From assembly GCA_000004985.1 (NCBI GenBank), contig GG738874.1: a stretch of DNA of 64,000 nt. One strand, given 5' to 3'. This document shows, in pieces, positions 24,301 through 34,825 of the stretch. A program made the translations under genes and the position numbers. The stretch comes from Naegleria gruberi. Its lineage: Eukaryota. Each line of letters starts with the position of its first letter. Position 1 is the stretch's first letter. The notes below the pieces were generated by a model that was not told where the DNA came from, ran no database searches, and saw nothing but the letters and a program-made list of their open reading frames with translations.

Positions 24301-25708
24301 TAGTAGGAGTGCTTTCACCTGTGAGCATACTTTCATTCATAATGGTTTGTCCATGAAGCAAGACGCAATCGCAAGGTATTACCATACCATTTTCAATTTC
24401 AATTAAATCCCCAGGAAGAAGCTCCGTTGAATCAATACGATGTTTGGAAATACCTTTCCAAGAGAATGCATCATCTATTGATAAGACAGGTTCAGAACTT
24501 GATGATACTAACATTGATCTCTTTTTCTTTGCATTGGATGCATAGTGTTGATGAATACTATTGTGTTGAGAAAGTTTGTTAACTCCACAATTAAATGTTG
24601 TCATTTCCTTAAGTTTGACCATGTTTGTTCTTGTTTCATACATTGAAATAATGGATGAAATACTTGACATGACTGCAATTGCAACTGCATACACATAATA
24701 ATTTTCACTCAACCAAACACAAACACTGGCAACCTGGAAAATATAGAATGGATGTAGCACTTCATCAAGCAATAGAGAAATGATGTTTCTAACCTCAGTC
24801 TTGATGGAATTAGATCCGAAAAGCATTTGTTTGAGAGTGTTGGAGAGTGTATTGAATGCAAATTGACTGCTAATAGTGTGAGCCATTGTGTGAATATTAG
24901 CAAATGGGAAGAGAGTAAAATGGTGAGCTCTATCAAATCTATCAGTTTCCTCATTGTAAATGTAAATTAAATTTCTATATTTGAAGCATGAAATGGTAAC
25001 TTCAATTGGCTTTGGTAAGGACAAGTGTTCATCACTACTCGTCTCTAATTTACCAATCTTGTTCAAAACTTGATACAGGTTTTCATCAATTTTCAAAGTT
25101 TTCTTTTCAATCATGCAAATAGTAATTTGACCTGTTTCTCTCGCTTTGATAAACACTGCAGTAGCATTCTTGAATGATGTTCCTTTGAATATATCATTCT
25201 TTCTCAAATCATCATCAGCATTAATTTTTGCAAGATACTCTTCATGGTTTTCATTGCTGGCTACGGAGAGTCTATTGTGTTGAACTCTGTCTTTCAACCA
25301 ATCATACCAATAGCAGAATAGCAAAACCAAGCCAAGAGAAAGAATAACCGAGAGCCAAAACAAGCAAAACCAAAGCCAAGAAAATTGCAAACCAACACAA
25401 CAAGCCATTTCATGAACCTCTTCATCACCCTTTGAAATATCTGGCATGCTTGTAAAACTCTCCACAGGAGAAGAGTAATTCTTGAGAATCAATTTAACAA
25501 TTCTCTTTTCAATGTTTTCCACATCTTCCGAAGGTGTCCTCTCTTTACAACAAGAATCGAACCCTTCATTGGTTTGTTCTTGAATTACCACAGCAGATGA
25601 AGAGTCTTCAAATTTATCCAATCCTTCATCATCATAGTGGTATTGTTGTTGATGTTGTTGGGCAGCATCACCTTGTTGTTGACCAAATAGTAATGGCTTG
25701 TTTTCCAT
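21302..25708 (-). CDS. P5B-type P-type ATPase (ATP13A2/Ypk9-like). Exons >=25708..23841, 23796..23564, 23511..21302. The 5' end is uncertain.
   Basis: Motifs: TGES (MLTGESTPTKK); P5B M4 signature IVPPALP; phosphorylation site CFDKTNTLT; hinge GDGSNDVEALKAAHVGVSL. Introns 23797..23840 (gtaagt...aatcag) and 23512..23563 (gtaagt...attcag) restore ...GIFCIS|PPRINV... and ...GKLV|GDPLDV.... The first in-frame ATG is at 25708 (MENKPLLFG). About 180 nt of coding-like frame lies upstream, and an acceptor-like ttaccag sits at 25888. Confidence 0.82.
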
Positions 25709-26254
25709 TAAATTTCCCTCCGTTATTGGTGAAAATAATCGAGATGCAAAAGATGGCGACACTGTAAGGATATTCGAGAGCAGTAATAACAACACAGTAA
25801 AGATATTGCTCTCGTTTTTTTTCAAACATCCTTCAATGAAATTCTCAGCAAGGAGTTTGAATACATGTAGTGCAAGTGGTAATGTTTCCTGGTAAGTCAA
25901 ACATCAAATATTATTTTCTGTCCTGGCTTGTGAAAGTCATAGATTTTTCGGACTATAATGACAACCAGTATTTTGAAACAAAATCGAATGTTGATGATGC
26001 AAAAACATTTGGCTATGTATGTTATTAATAAGGGAGATTGTTTACGATTTTCTTAATTATATTACCTGGACAACAAATTCTCCTCTCGTCAGACTCTAAT
26101 ATTCAGCAGATAGATGCTCTCAGTTCCCATATTTGAACTACTCATCGAGTAGAGATGCTCCTTGAACTCTCAACTTTTTGATTTTCATAAAGCGCTGCCT
26201 TATTCACTTAGCATCTTGCCCTCACTTCACTTGCATCCTCTTCTTTTAAAAAAA

Positions 26255-29139
26255 ATGTTGCTTCATCGGGCAAATTCATCACCTCAACTTCTTTCCCCAC
26301 CAACTCCAACCCGCAGATCTTTTAGCATTTCCCAAGCCTCACCTCCAACAATTACCTCTCCTTCACCTCAATCACCAAATAATGTAGAATTTAATACCAA
26401 AAGACGTTCCCTCTCTATTTCTCCACTCTTTACTGATTTGCAAAAAAGTAGGCTTTCAAATCCTAATACCCTACCGCAAACACCAACTTCTCCATCTCAA
26501 TCTCTCAATTCACCAAAACAAAGTGGTGGAGCAGGCACTTTTCCCACATCATTCAAACCTCCAAATGTTGTCAGTGATAAAAAAGGATCTCTTCATATGG
26601 ACCTTGATAAGCTGGATGAGTGGCTTCAACCAGATGATATCCTTCGTCCAACTCTGTCAATACTCTCCCCTAAATCATCACCAACCACAAAACCAACATC
26701 TCCCACACCATTTGTACGTGAAAGATCTAATTCATTCACAAGATTTGAAAACTCTAATTTAGAGAGATTGTGTACCTCTCCAACATTCTCATCTCCAAAG
26801 AATAGCTCACCACTTAATAGAGTTCTTCAACAAGAGGGAGCCTCAACAACTCCGAAAGGAAGAAACAGATCGATGAGTACTATGAGTAACATCTCTGCCT
26901 TTTCAGATTTGAGTTATCGTTCCTCATTGTCTAACCTGTCTATTCAATATTTAGAACCTGAGGATGATGATTTTGAAGAGGAGGAAGAAAGTGAATCGGA
27001 AAACCTTAGTTGTCGTTCAACAAGTAATAGTAATGCGGAAGAACAACAGATTTCATCTTCGGAAAGTTCAGAATCAGAAGATGAGGAAGAAGTGATTCAA
27101 TCTGCCACAACATTTGATCAATTATTTCACAAGAAATTCACCAAATTACCGTCAGCAAACAAAGTCAGTCCTTTGGACAGTCTGTTAAAAACTACTGTGG
27201 ATGATGAATCCTCAACAAACTTTGTTGCATTCAAAGAAATGTTAAAAGCAAAACTTCAAGAGGGAAAAAAAGTTGGCTCTGCTGAAAAGAAGAATGAACA
27301 AGAAATCTTAAAGAAAAAAGGTATTAAATCTCTTTCTTGGCTCAAATCATTGATAGACAAGTTATACACATACAGTCATGATCTCTTTGTCAGCAAGGGA
27401 AATAACATTCAACAGTTGTACACAACTCCAATGATTATTTATTCAATCATGAAAACCAAATTTGTTTATAGTACAGTAACTAACATTGTAAGTTTTTGGA
27501 TGTTCTAATGGAATTTTAACTTTGGAAGAATTGGCATGATATGCTCAAATCTGCCAAAGCATACAGAAAGTATGACTTTGAGGTAGAAACATTTTACAAG
27601 TTTATGAGTGGAGAGTATACATTAGAGACCTTTGTTTGGTTTGTTTGTTCTCGTTCAGTGGCAAACAAGGCTGTTGAGGAGCTGGATAAAAAGCTAGATG
27701 ACAGTTCATTAGGCTCGGAAAATGAAACAATTGCTGAAACATCATCCATAGCACCACCTACAAAATCAGTTGTTTCAGAAATATTGGAAAAGAAGAGAAG
27801 AAAACTGCAAGCACTCGAAAGAAAAGAAGAGAATAGGCACAACATTGAAAAATCAAAGAGTTTCATCACTATGCAAAATGCAATTCATGCTGTCTGTAAT
27901 TTAGTTAACAAAAAGCTCATTCAAAATTTACCTTTTTTAGGTGTCAATGCTGTACATGACAAAGCAATAGATCCATACACATTGAAACATAATGTTGAGA
28001 ATGTGTTGATAAGAAAGTTCGGATTAATTAGATCAAAAGAATTGTAAGTCATCTTTTAATTAGTTTAAAATAATTCCAAATTTAAAAATAGGAGGAATGA
28101 GGAAGCAATATCTTTACCACAATTCTTAGGCTATGTTGTTTCCATTAAAGCAACCAAGCTCGAACTTGTTTTTCATGAATTGAAGAAATATCTTGTGGAT
28201 GAAGATCATGGAATGCTTGACAAATTCTCAGAGACTTCCTCTTCCCCACTTCCAGTAAAACCAAAGCCAAGGCGGATGAGATCAGATAGTGGAATTAATA
28301 TTTCTTCAGTTCTGGAAAAATTAACAGATATTGCTCACAGAATTGAAGATGGTGAGTCAATTGATTCCCCTAGGGAAGAAAAGAGACAACCATTTTCAGA
28401 AGTTTCCAAGAAGGAGGATATTTCAGAAAGTAGTCCTGTCACAGAACATTCTCCATCAAGAACTCCTCCTTCGTTAGAGAAGAGTTTGTCAAACCTTAAT
28501 TTAGCTGACGTTTCTAATTTCCTATGTAATTACAAGGAAAATACTCCAATTGAGGAGCCACCAGTATTGGAGGAAATTATTCAAGATTTCAAACCACCAA
28601 AGGATGAAGAGGATGTAGAAGCTAGTCTCTCCAATGAAGTTGTAAAGATGATCACAATGCTGAGTCAATTAGTAGATGATATGCCAAGAGATGAAGACGG
28701 AATTTCGGCCATTTCAGAAGTTTTTGTTCCTCATGTTGAGCATATTTTGAACTGTCTTCCTGCCTTAGGAAAAATACAAGAGCAATATGCAACTGTTTTG
28801 TTGGAAGACTTACTTTTTAACACGAGAGAATTACTTAATAATTTACCTTTCTTTTCCAACTTTGCTGCCAGTTTGATTTTCAAAATTAATGGATGGTTAG
28901 TTTCAGAATCAAAACAATTCGAATCAAGTTCTCAACCAATGGTTGCTGAACTAATCACCAAGTCAGAAGTGGATATCTCTGAAGATGTTGTAGTAAACGA
29001 AGATTGCGAACCAATCCAAACAGATATCAGATCATCATTTGAAGAACAACTTACAATGAACAAACTCAAAGATCTAATTGAAGATGAGAGTGCAGCTTCA
29101 GAATTAATGGACTTGCTTTCAGAAGTAAGGAATTTATAA
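26255..29139 (+). CDS. Hypothetical Ser/Pro/Thr-rich protein. Exons 26255..27487, 27529..28043, 28092..29139.
   Basis: Three ORFs in different frames are joined by introns 27488..27528 (gtaagt...ggaag) and 28044..28091 (gtaagt...aatag). Both preserve the frame (...STVTNI|NWHDMLKSAKAY... and ...IRSKEL|RNEEAISLPQF...). N-terminus rich in SPxx repeats; acidic C-terminus. No recognised domain. Confidence 0.5.
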
Positions 29140-29144
29140 ATTAT

Positions 29145-31235
29145 TTAAACCTTGTTGAGCAATCCGTGAGTACTTAAATATGGGGTGGATGCAGTCAAAC
29201 TTGTCTTTTTGAGCTCTTCTAATTGTTGAGCTAAATAGTTTTTCTTGGCTAATTTCTTTGCTTGTTTTGAGATTAAAAGCCAATACGAACCTTGCAGAAT
29301 TGCAATGATTGCAAGACTAAGAGTAAAACCTATCCATACTCCCAATAATCCCCAATCTAATACGAAAGCCAAAACACAACCGAAAGGAAAGCCAATAACA
29401 AAGTATCCAATCACACCAATTACAGCACAAACAAATGGCTTGTTTAAACCTCTCAGAATACCACCAAAAATAGCTTGAAAACCATCAACAATAAGGAATA
29501 TCAAACAAATAGGTAAAATTCTAATCGATTCATAAATTAGAGTTGAATCACTGGTATAAATTTTTGGTAAAACAACAATAGTACATGCCACTACAATTAC
29601 TGTTATTACCATAATGAAAGAGGAGAGTATGATATTTGCATGTGAACTGTATCTTACTGATTTGTAATCACCTCTTCCAAAACGATGAGCAATACAAACA
29701 GTACTAGCCATAGATAAACTCATAGGAATCAAATAGGCAAAATTAGAGATGGATAGAACAATACCGTGAACAGACAATTGAGTATTACCTAAAAATCCAG
29801 CAATAAAAGTTGAAAGCTCACTTCCCCAAATTTCAGAACTCATCATTATGGAACCAGGAAAAGAAATTTTCAAATGATCAAATATTCCCTTTAACGACTT
29901 TTCTTTTTTGAATGGAGTTACGTTGATAGTGGTTGGGAGTTTTTCATCTTGAGGCAATTCACCTGTTTTGGATGTGGTAGCATAGATAATCTCTTTAAGT
30001 GAGAAGTTTTTGAACATTTGTCTCATTTCCTTCTTACAAATGATTACAAATACCATCAAGATGAAAAAACCAATGAACATGAGCCATCTAGTGGACGAGG
30101 TAGCAATGGCACTTCCATAAAAACCAATACCCTTAAAATCACCGACTCCACCCACAAGGAAGAAGCTCATCAAGACATTATACACAACGCATACAATACA
30201 AACTGCAATACTAGGCCAATAAATCTTTTGAGCGACCATAAACGAATACAAACTTCTGGAATAAATGAAAGGGAACAAACCTGGAATAAGATATCTCATA
30301 AATGTTATGGTGAGTTGAGTAACAACTTGTCTACTAATTAGACCTTCTGGTGTTGTTTCAACCAACTCGAATAGCATTGCAATATAACCAGAGAAGAACA
30401 TTATAATGGAGACAGGTATCATGAATAGAGTTTGAAGAAGGAGACTTCTAATCCATTCAGCAATAATTAAATTACCATCCTTGTTACCAAAAGCTTTAGA
30501 GATCAACGGCTCTTGACCATTACCAATCAATCCAAGAACTATAATACTTAATCCATTGAATAGTGAAGTAGCTAAGGTCAAAGAAGCTAGGTATTCAGAT
30601 GTTGTGGGATAAAGTGAGGTAGAGTTGATATTCAGCGCATAATCAAATCCGTAGAGTTCTGTAAGTGCACCTGGTTGACTAAAATCTACTTGTGTAACAG
30701 TATTGTTCAGAGTGGCAAGTCCTGAACGATTTGAGTTAATGTGTCCAACAACAATCATATCCTCAAGACCGAGAATAAGAATGCACAAATTGAACACTAA
30801 AAAAGGAATACAAGTAAATATGAGTGGCAACAATTCCCTTCTCACATTGTGGAAATAATCCATTCTGTTCTTGTTTCTGAGGCGTGAATTGTTACTGAGT
30901 TGAAGATCATCACTTCCAATGCTTGATTTTCTGCTCTCACTAGAAATGTCAGAAGAGCTTTGCTTGGTAGTTGATGATGAACAGTGATCATCAACACTGA
31001 TATTGCACTCATCAATATCAGCATAGTGAATGGTCAATGATTTGTTCGAACCAGGATCAATGTAATCATACCATGTAATATCAAATACCATGGATAGATC
31101 TTCAGCATTGAGAGCAATTTGTTGATCTTGTTGGGAAGTGCTGGTAGTGGCAGTAGAAGTGGTGATCTTGATTTGTTTATCATCATCACTAACTTCCTCA
31201 ACACTTAATAATGTGAATGACTTGTTTTGATTCAT
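29145..31235 (-). CDS. MATE (multidrug and toxic compound extrusion) family transporter with a long Ser-rich N-terminal extension
   Basis: A 696-aa ORF with a true ATG at 31235. About 12 predicted TM helices arranged as two 6-TM repeats. Glycine-rich loop motifs typical of MatE (e.g. ...LGLIGNGQEPLISKAFGNKDG..., ...MASTVCIAHRFGRGDY...). Confidence 0.78.
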   Translation of the reverse strand: MNQNKSFTLLSVEEVSDDDKQIKITTSTATTSTSQQDQQIALNAEDLSMVFDITWYDYIDPGSNKSLTIHYADIDECNISVDDHCSSSTTKQSSSDISSESRKSSIGSDDLQLSNNSRLRNKNRMDYFHNVRRELLPLIFTCIPFLVFNLCILILGLEDMIVVGHINSNRSGLATLNNTVTQVDFSQPGALTELYGFDYALNINSTSLYPTTSEYLASLTLATSLFNGLSIIVLGLIGNGQEPLISKAFGNKDGNLIIAEWIRSLLLQTLFMIPVSIIMFFSGYIAMLFELVETTPEGLISRQVVTQLTITFMRYLIPGLFPFIYSRSLYSFMVAQKIYWPSIAVCIVCVVYNVLMSFFLVGGVGDFKGIGFYGSAIATSSTRWLMFIGFFILMVFVIICKKEMRQMFKNFSLKEIIYATTSKTGELPQDEKLPTTINVTPFKKEKSLKGIFDHLKISFPGSIMMSSEIWGSELSTFIAGFLGNTQLSVHGIVLSISNFAYLIPMSLSMASTVCIAHRFGRGDYKSVRYSSHANIILSSFIMVITVIVVACTIVVLPKIYTSDSTLIYESIRILPICLIFLIVDGFQAIFGGILRGLNKPFVCAVIGVIGYFVIGFPFGCVLAFVLDWGLLGVWIGFTLSLAIIAILQGSYWLLISKQAKKLAKKNYLAQQLEELKKTSLTASTPYLSTHGLLNKV

Positions 31236-32162
31236 ATTTGTTTTCTCACCAAAAGAGAATGAATAGGTGCACTTTAGAATAATCTTGATATAACTAATTG
31301 ATGAATATCAACAAAAATTAGAATTAATGCTTTTTCCAATACCAAATTATAATACAATTGACTTGTGGTAATTGCGAGTTGACTATTGAAAACACAATTT
31401 TGTTTACTGTTATTATTGGTAACAATAAATTTTGAATAGTAATAACTACTCTGGTCGTTGCAATGAAGAGATTTTGATTTAGTTGAAGAAGAATATAATG
31501 CTCCCAGCATTACTTTTCTATAATATTGTAATATTGAGTTTAAATACTATATTCTGTTATGAGAATATACTAGTTGTGATAGTATTTGTTGGTGGTTTGC
31601 AGTTGAAGTTGTTTAGTGTTTGCAGTTGAGTTGTTGAGGAAATGCAGTTTTTTTCAATCTAGTCTGTTCACCAATCTACTCGTCTTTATAAGTAACTAAA
31701 TATAGATGCTCTCCTAAAGGTCGAAAATGGTTGATTTATAATTGGTACATTCTAAAGTTAAAAGTTGGTCCGTATTTGGAAGTTTGTGTAATTAACATGT
31801 ATTTAAAACAGGTAGGTTAATTCAGAAGAGTATGTGATGCATTCGTGTTGTCCTTAGGTTTCTTATTACAATATTGTTAAAAAGTATAATATTCCTTAGT
31901 AGGGAAGACAGATATGTGGTCTCTTGGTTTTCATGACTGCATGAACAGTTCTTTTGGTCGTACAAAGAGGCAAATAATTTGTCACTGACAATCGTTGAAG
32001 TGTTTCACAACCCATCACCACCACCTGCATGAATGAGTGCACCACATTAAGCTTGTGTGAAAAATTTCAAATTGTTATTATCTTTTTTAACAGTGATGGT
32101 AATAATACACTTTTTATCATGTGAGTAACACTAGAGTGGTGGCATTGAAAATGTACTATTAT

Positions 32163-33143
32163 CTAATCCTCTTCAATAGTAATTTTAGGAGTTGTTGATT
32201 GATTATCCAGTTTCTCTAATTCTGCAACTACATTTCTAGCAATTTGTAAGAAGGAAGCAGCTCTGTCAGATTTTGGATCTGAAATGACAACAGGTCTACC
32301 TGAATCGCTAGTCTCTCTAATTTGTGTATGTAATGGAATTTCACCAATGAAATTCAATCCCATATTTTCTGCTGTTAGCTTGGCACCATCGTGACCAAAG
32401 ATGTGGTCCTTATGACCACAATTTGAACATTTGAAATAACTCATATTCTCCACAACTCCCAATATTGGTACATTCAATTTACGGAACATATTCACACCTC
32501 TCTTAACATCAATGAGAGCAATATCTTGTGGAGTACTCACAATAACAGCACCCGATAAATGTACTCTCTGACAAATTGATAATTGAGCATCACCTGTTCC
32601 TGGTGGTAAATCTACAACAAGAATATCCAATTCTCCCCAATCCACTTGATGTAATAATTGATCAACAGCAGTCATTACCATTGGTCCTCTCCAAATTGTT
32701 GGAGCATCTTCCTGTACGAGAAATCCCATACTCATTGTCTTGACACCATAATTTGATTTTGGTATGAGTTTTCTGGTGGCTTCATTCACTTGTGGCTTAC
32801 CAGATAGATTCATCATACGATGAATACTTGGTCCATAGATATCAGCATCCATGAGACCGACAGACTTTTGGCAAAAGGAGGAGAGAGCAAGAGCCAAATT
32901 AGTTGCTACTGTACTCTTTCCAACACCTCCTTTACCACTCGATACAACAATAACATCTTTCACTCCTTCAAGCTTTGGACCGAGTGTCTTTTGGTTGTTA
33001 GTGCTAAATTGTCTAGTCATATGTGTTGTAATAGATGAAGAGGAGGAGGAGAATTGTGTACAAACTCGCTTCTTGAAGGACAACATCTTCTGACCAGTTG
33101 TTGTATGAGAGAAAAGTTTATTTCTTATTGTTGATGAAAACAT
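32163..33143 (-). CDS. Mrp/NBP35-family P-loop ATPase, NUBPL/Ind1-like (Fe-S cluster assembly for respiratory complex I), with a presequence-like N-terminus
   Basis: Deviant Walker A VSSGKGGVGKST. Motifs GLMDADIYGPS, VDLPPGTGDAQLS, CSNCGHKDHIFG (CxxC). The N-terminal approx 60 aa is rich in S/T/R/K and resembles a mitochondrial targeting peptide. True ATG at 33143. Confidence 0.8.
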   Translation of the reverse strand: MFSSTIRNKLFSHTTTGQKMLSFKKRVCTQFSSSSSSITTHMTRQFSTNNQKTLGPKLEGVKDVIVVSSGKGGVGKSTVATNLALALSSFCQKSVGLMDADIYGPSIHRMMNLSGKPQVNEATRKLIPKSNYGVKTMSMGFLVQEDAPTIWRGPMVMTAVDQLLHQVDWGELDILVVDLPPGTGDAQLSICQRVHLSGAVIVSTPQDIALIDVKRGVNMFRKLNVPILGVVENMSYFKCSNCGHKDHIFGHDGAKLTAENMGLNFIGEIPLHTQIRETSDSGRPVVISDPKSDRAASFLQIARNVVAELEKLDNQSTTPKITIEED

Positions 33144-33195
33144 TTTATTTTGCTGATAATTATGAATTTTATTTTTAATTTTATATTTTAAAAAA
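33144..33195. promoter_or_regulatory. 52-bp AT-rich bidirectional promoter between divergent ATGs at 33143 (NUBPL-like, minus) and 33196 (tandem SUMO-like-domain protein, plus)
   Basis: The two start codons were verified in sequence. The spacer reads tttgctgataattatgaattttatttttaattttatattttaaaaaa. Confidence 0.4.
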
Positions 33196-34500
33196 ATGAG
33201 TGACTCTTCATCAGACTCGGACGATGATTTATTCTCTCACAAGAATGCAAAATCAGTACTTGATGTTTCATGGTCTGATATTTCAAAGAAGAAGGATCCA
33301 GTGCCAAAAGTAAAGGATAAAAAACCAAAGAAAAAGAAGAATTTACTTGATCTTGTTGAAGATGAGGAGGAAGAAAAACCAAAAGAAAAGGAAAAGAAGG
33401 AGGACGTGTTGGATGTTGATTTAATTTTGGCAAAGAATGAACTTTATAACAAGAAGGCTAGAAGAAATACTAGTAGTAGCTCCGAAGGTAAAAAAAAGAG
33501 AAAGCAGGACGATGAGGAATTTATCAAAAAACAACTGGCCGAACAACAAAAATTAGAAAAGGAAAGAAAAAGGAAAAAACAAAAACAAATGGAAATTATT
33601 CACAAGAATGATGAGGACGTTATTGATTTGGATAGTGAAGTTGTTGAGGAGTTACCACCAGTTTCTCTTCCTTCACCAGTGACATCACCACTTTTAATGA
33701 AAAAACCAATGATGAGCTTCCCATCAAAACCAACAGTAGTCAAACCAACAAAGGCTATTGATTTTAAAATTCAACTTATGGCTAGTGATGCTTTCCAAAA
33801 GTTAGAAGCTGCAGAATCTTTCACATTTGATGATCTGGAGGATGATAGTGTTCAAGAGGAATTATCAGAAGCAGAGAGAAAGAAAATTGAAGCTCAAGTT
33901 CAAAGAGAAATTGAACAACTTAACAAGAAGAAAGAGCTAGCTCCTATCACCACAGAGGATGTAGAGGAAGTTGAAGATGAAGACAAGGGAGAAAAGATCA
34001 CCATTTCAATCAGATGGAATGATAAGACAATATCTGTAAATATTCACGAGAGAGATAAATTCCAAAAACTCAAAAAGACAGTAGCAAAGAAGTTTGAAGT
34101 GCATCCTGATCAAATATCATTCAAGTTTGACGGAGCCACTCTAGATTTAAATTCCACACCAGAGGATCAAGCCATGGAAAGTGATGACATTATTGATTGC
34201 ATTGTGGATTTGAAAAAGAAAGTTTCAACAGTATCTCACACTCCTGCCACCGAAAAGGAGCCAAAAGAGAATAAGGGTGAAAAAATTGTATTGGAAGTTA
34301 GAGGAAATGGAAAGAGCATTTCAATTAATTTCTACAAGGGAGAAAAGTTTTCAAAACTTGCAAAAGGAGTAGCTAAACAATTTTCTGTAGCCCCTGAGAA
34401 GATTAAACTCATGTTTGATGGGTTGGCTTTGGATTTAAATGAAACTCCTGGCGATCAAGACATGGAAAATGAGGATATTATTGATTGCAAGTTTTTGTAA
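33196..34500 (+). CDS. Rad60/Esc2/NIP45-like protein with a charged K/E-rich N-terminal half and two C-terminal SUMO-like (ubiquitin-fold) domains
   Basis: There are two tandem ~75-aa repeats: ITISIRWNDKTISVNIHERDKFQKLKKTVAKKFEVHPDQISFKFDGATLDLNSTPEDQAMESDDIIDC and IVLEVRGNGKSISINFYKGEKFSKLAKGVAKQFSVAPEKIKLMFDGLALDLNETPGDQDMENEDIIDC. These match the SUMO-like fold pattern (F.FDG..L....TP.DL.MED.D.IDV). Confidence 0.55.
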   Translation: MSDSSSDSDDDLFSHKNAKSVLDVSWSDISKKKDPVPKVKDKKPKKKKNLLDLVEDEEEEKPKEKEKKEDVLDVDLILAKNELYNKKARRNTSSSSEGKKKRKQDDEEFIKKQLAEQQKLEKERKRKKQKQMEIIHKNDEDVIDLDSEVVEELPPVSLPSPVTSPLLMKKPMMSFPSKPTVVKPTKAIDFKIQLMASDAFQKLEAAESFTFDDLEDDSVQEELSEAERKKIEAQVQREIEQLNKKKELAPITTEDVEEVEDEDKGEKITISIRWNDKTISVNIHERDKFQKLKKTVAKKFEVHPDQISFKFDGATLDLNSTPEDQAMESDDIIDCIVDLKKKVSTVSHTPATEKEPKENKGEKIVLEVRGNGKSISINFYKGEKFSKLAKGVAKQFSVAPEKIKLMFDGLALDLNETPGDQDMENEDIIDCKFL

Positions 34501-34825
34501 ATATGCTTATAGCTATCTAGGATTTGAGACATCAGTTTTTTGTAGAGTTTCTTTTTTGACAATATGCTTTATAGGAAGATTCTTACATTCTCCTTTACCT
34601 TGGTAACGATTTGAGAGATTAAGAAGACCATTTGGGCAACTATTGACAAGATTTTCCAATAAATTATTGTCAATCTTTGCTCAATTAACCACAAGTCTTC
34701 CATTTACATTAATTGCATTATCCGTTCCTCTTACAAACTAAATTCTACAATTTTCCAAAAATGATCAGTTTATACTTTTTACAAAACGAAAAAAACGAAT
34801 CAGAACACTCCCTAAAAGCTTTCTC

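Noticed and set aside
31274-31510. 78-aa minus ORF in the MATE/NUBPL spacer
   Set aside because: Low-complexity AT-rich sequence with no domain and poor codon usage.
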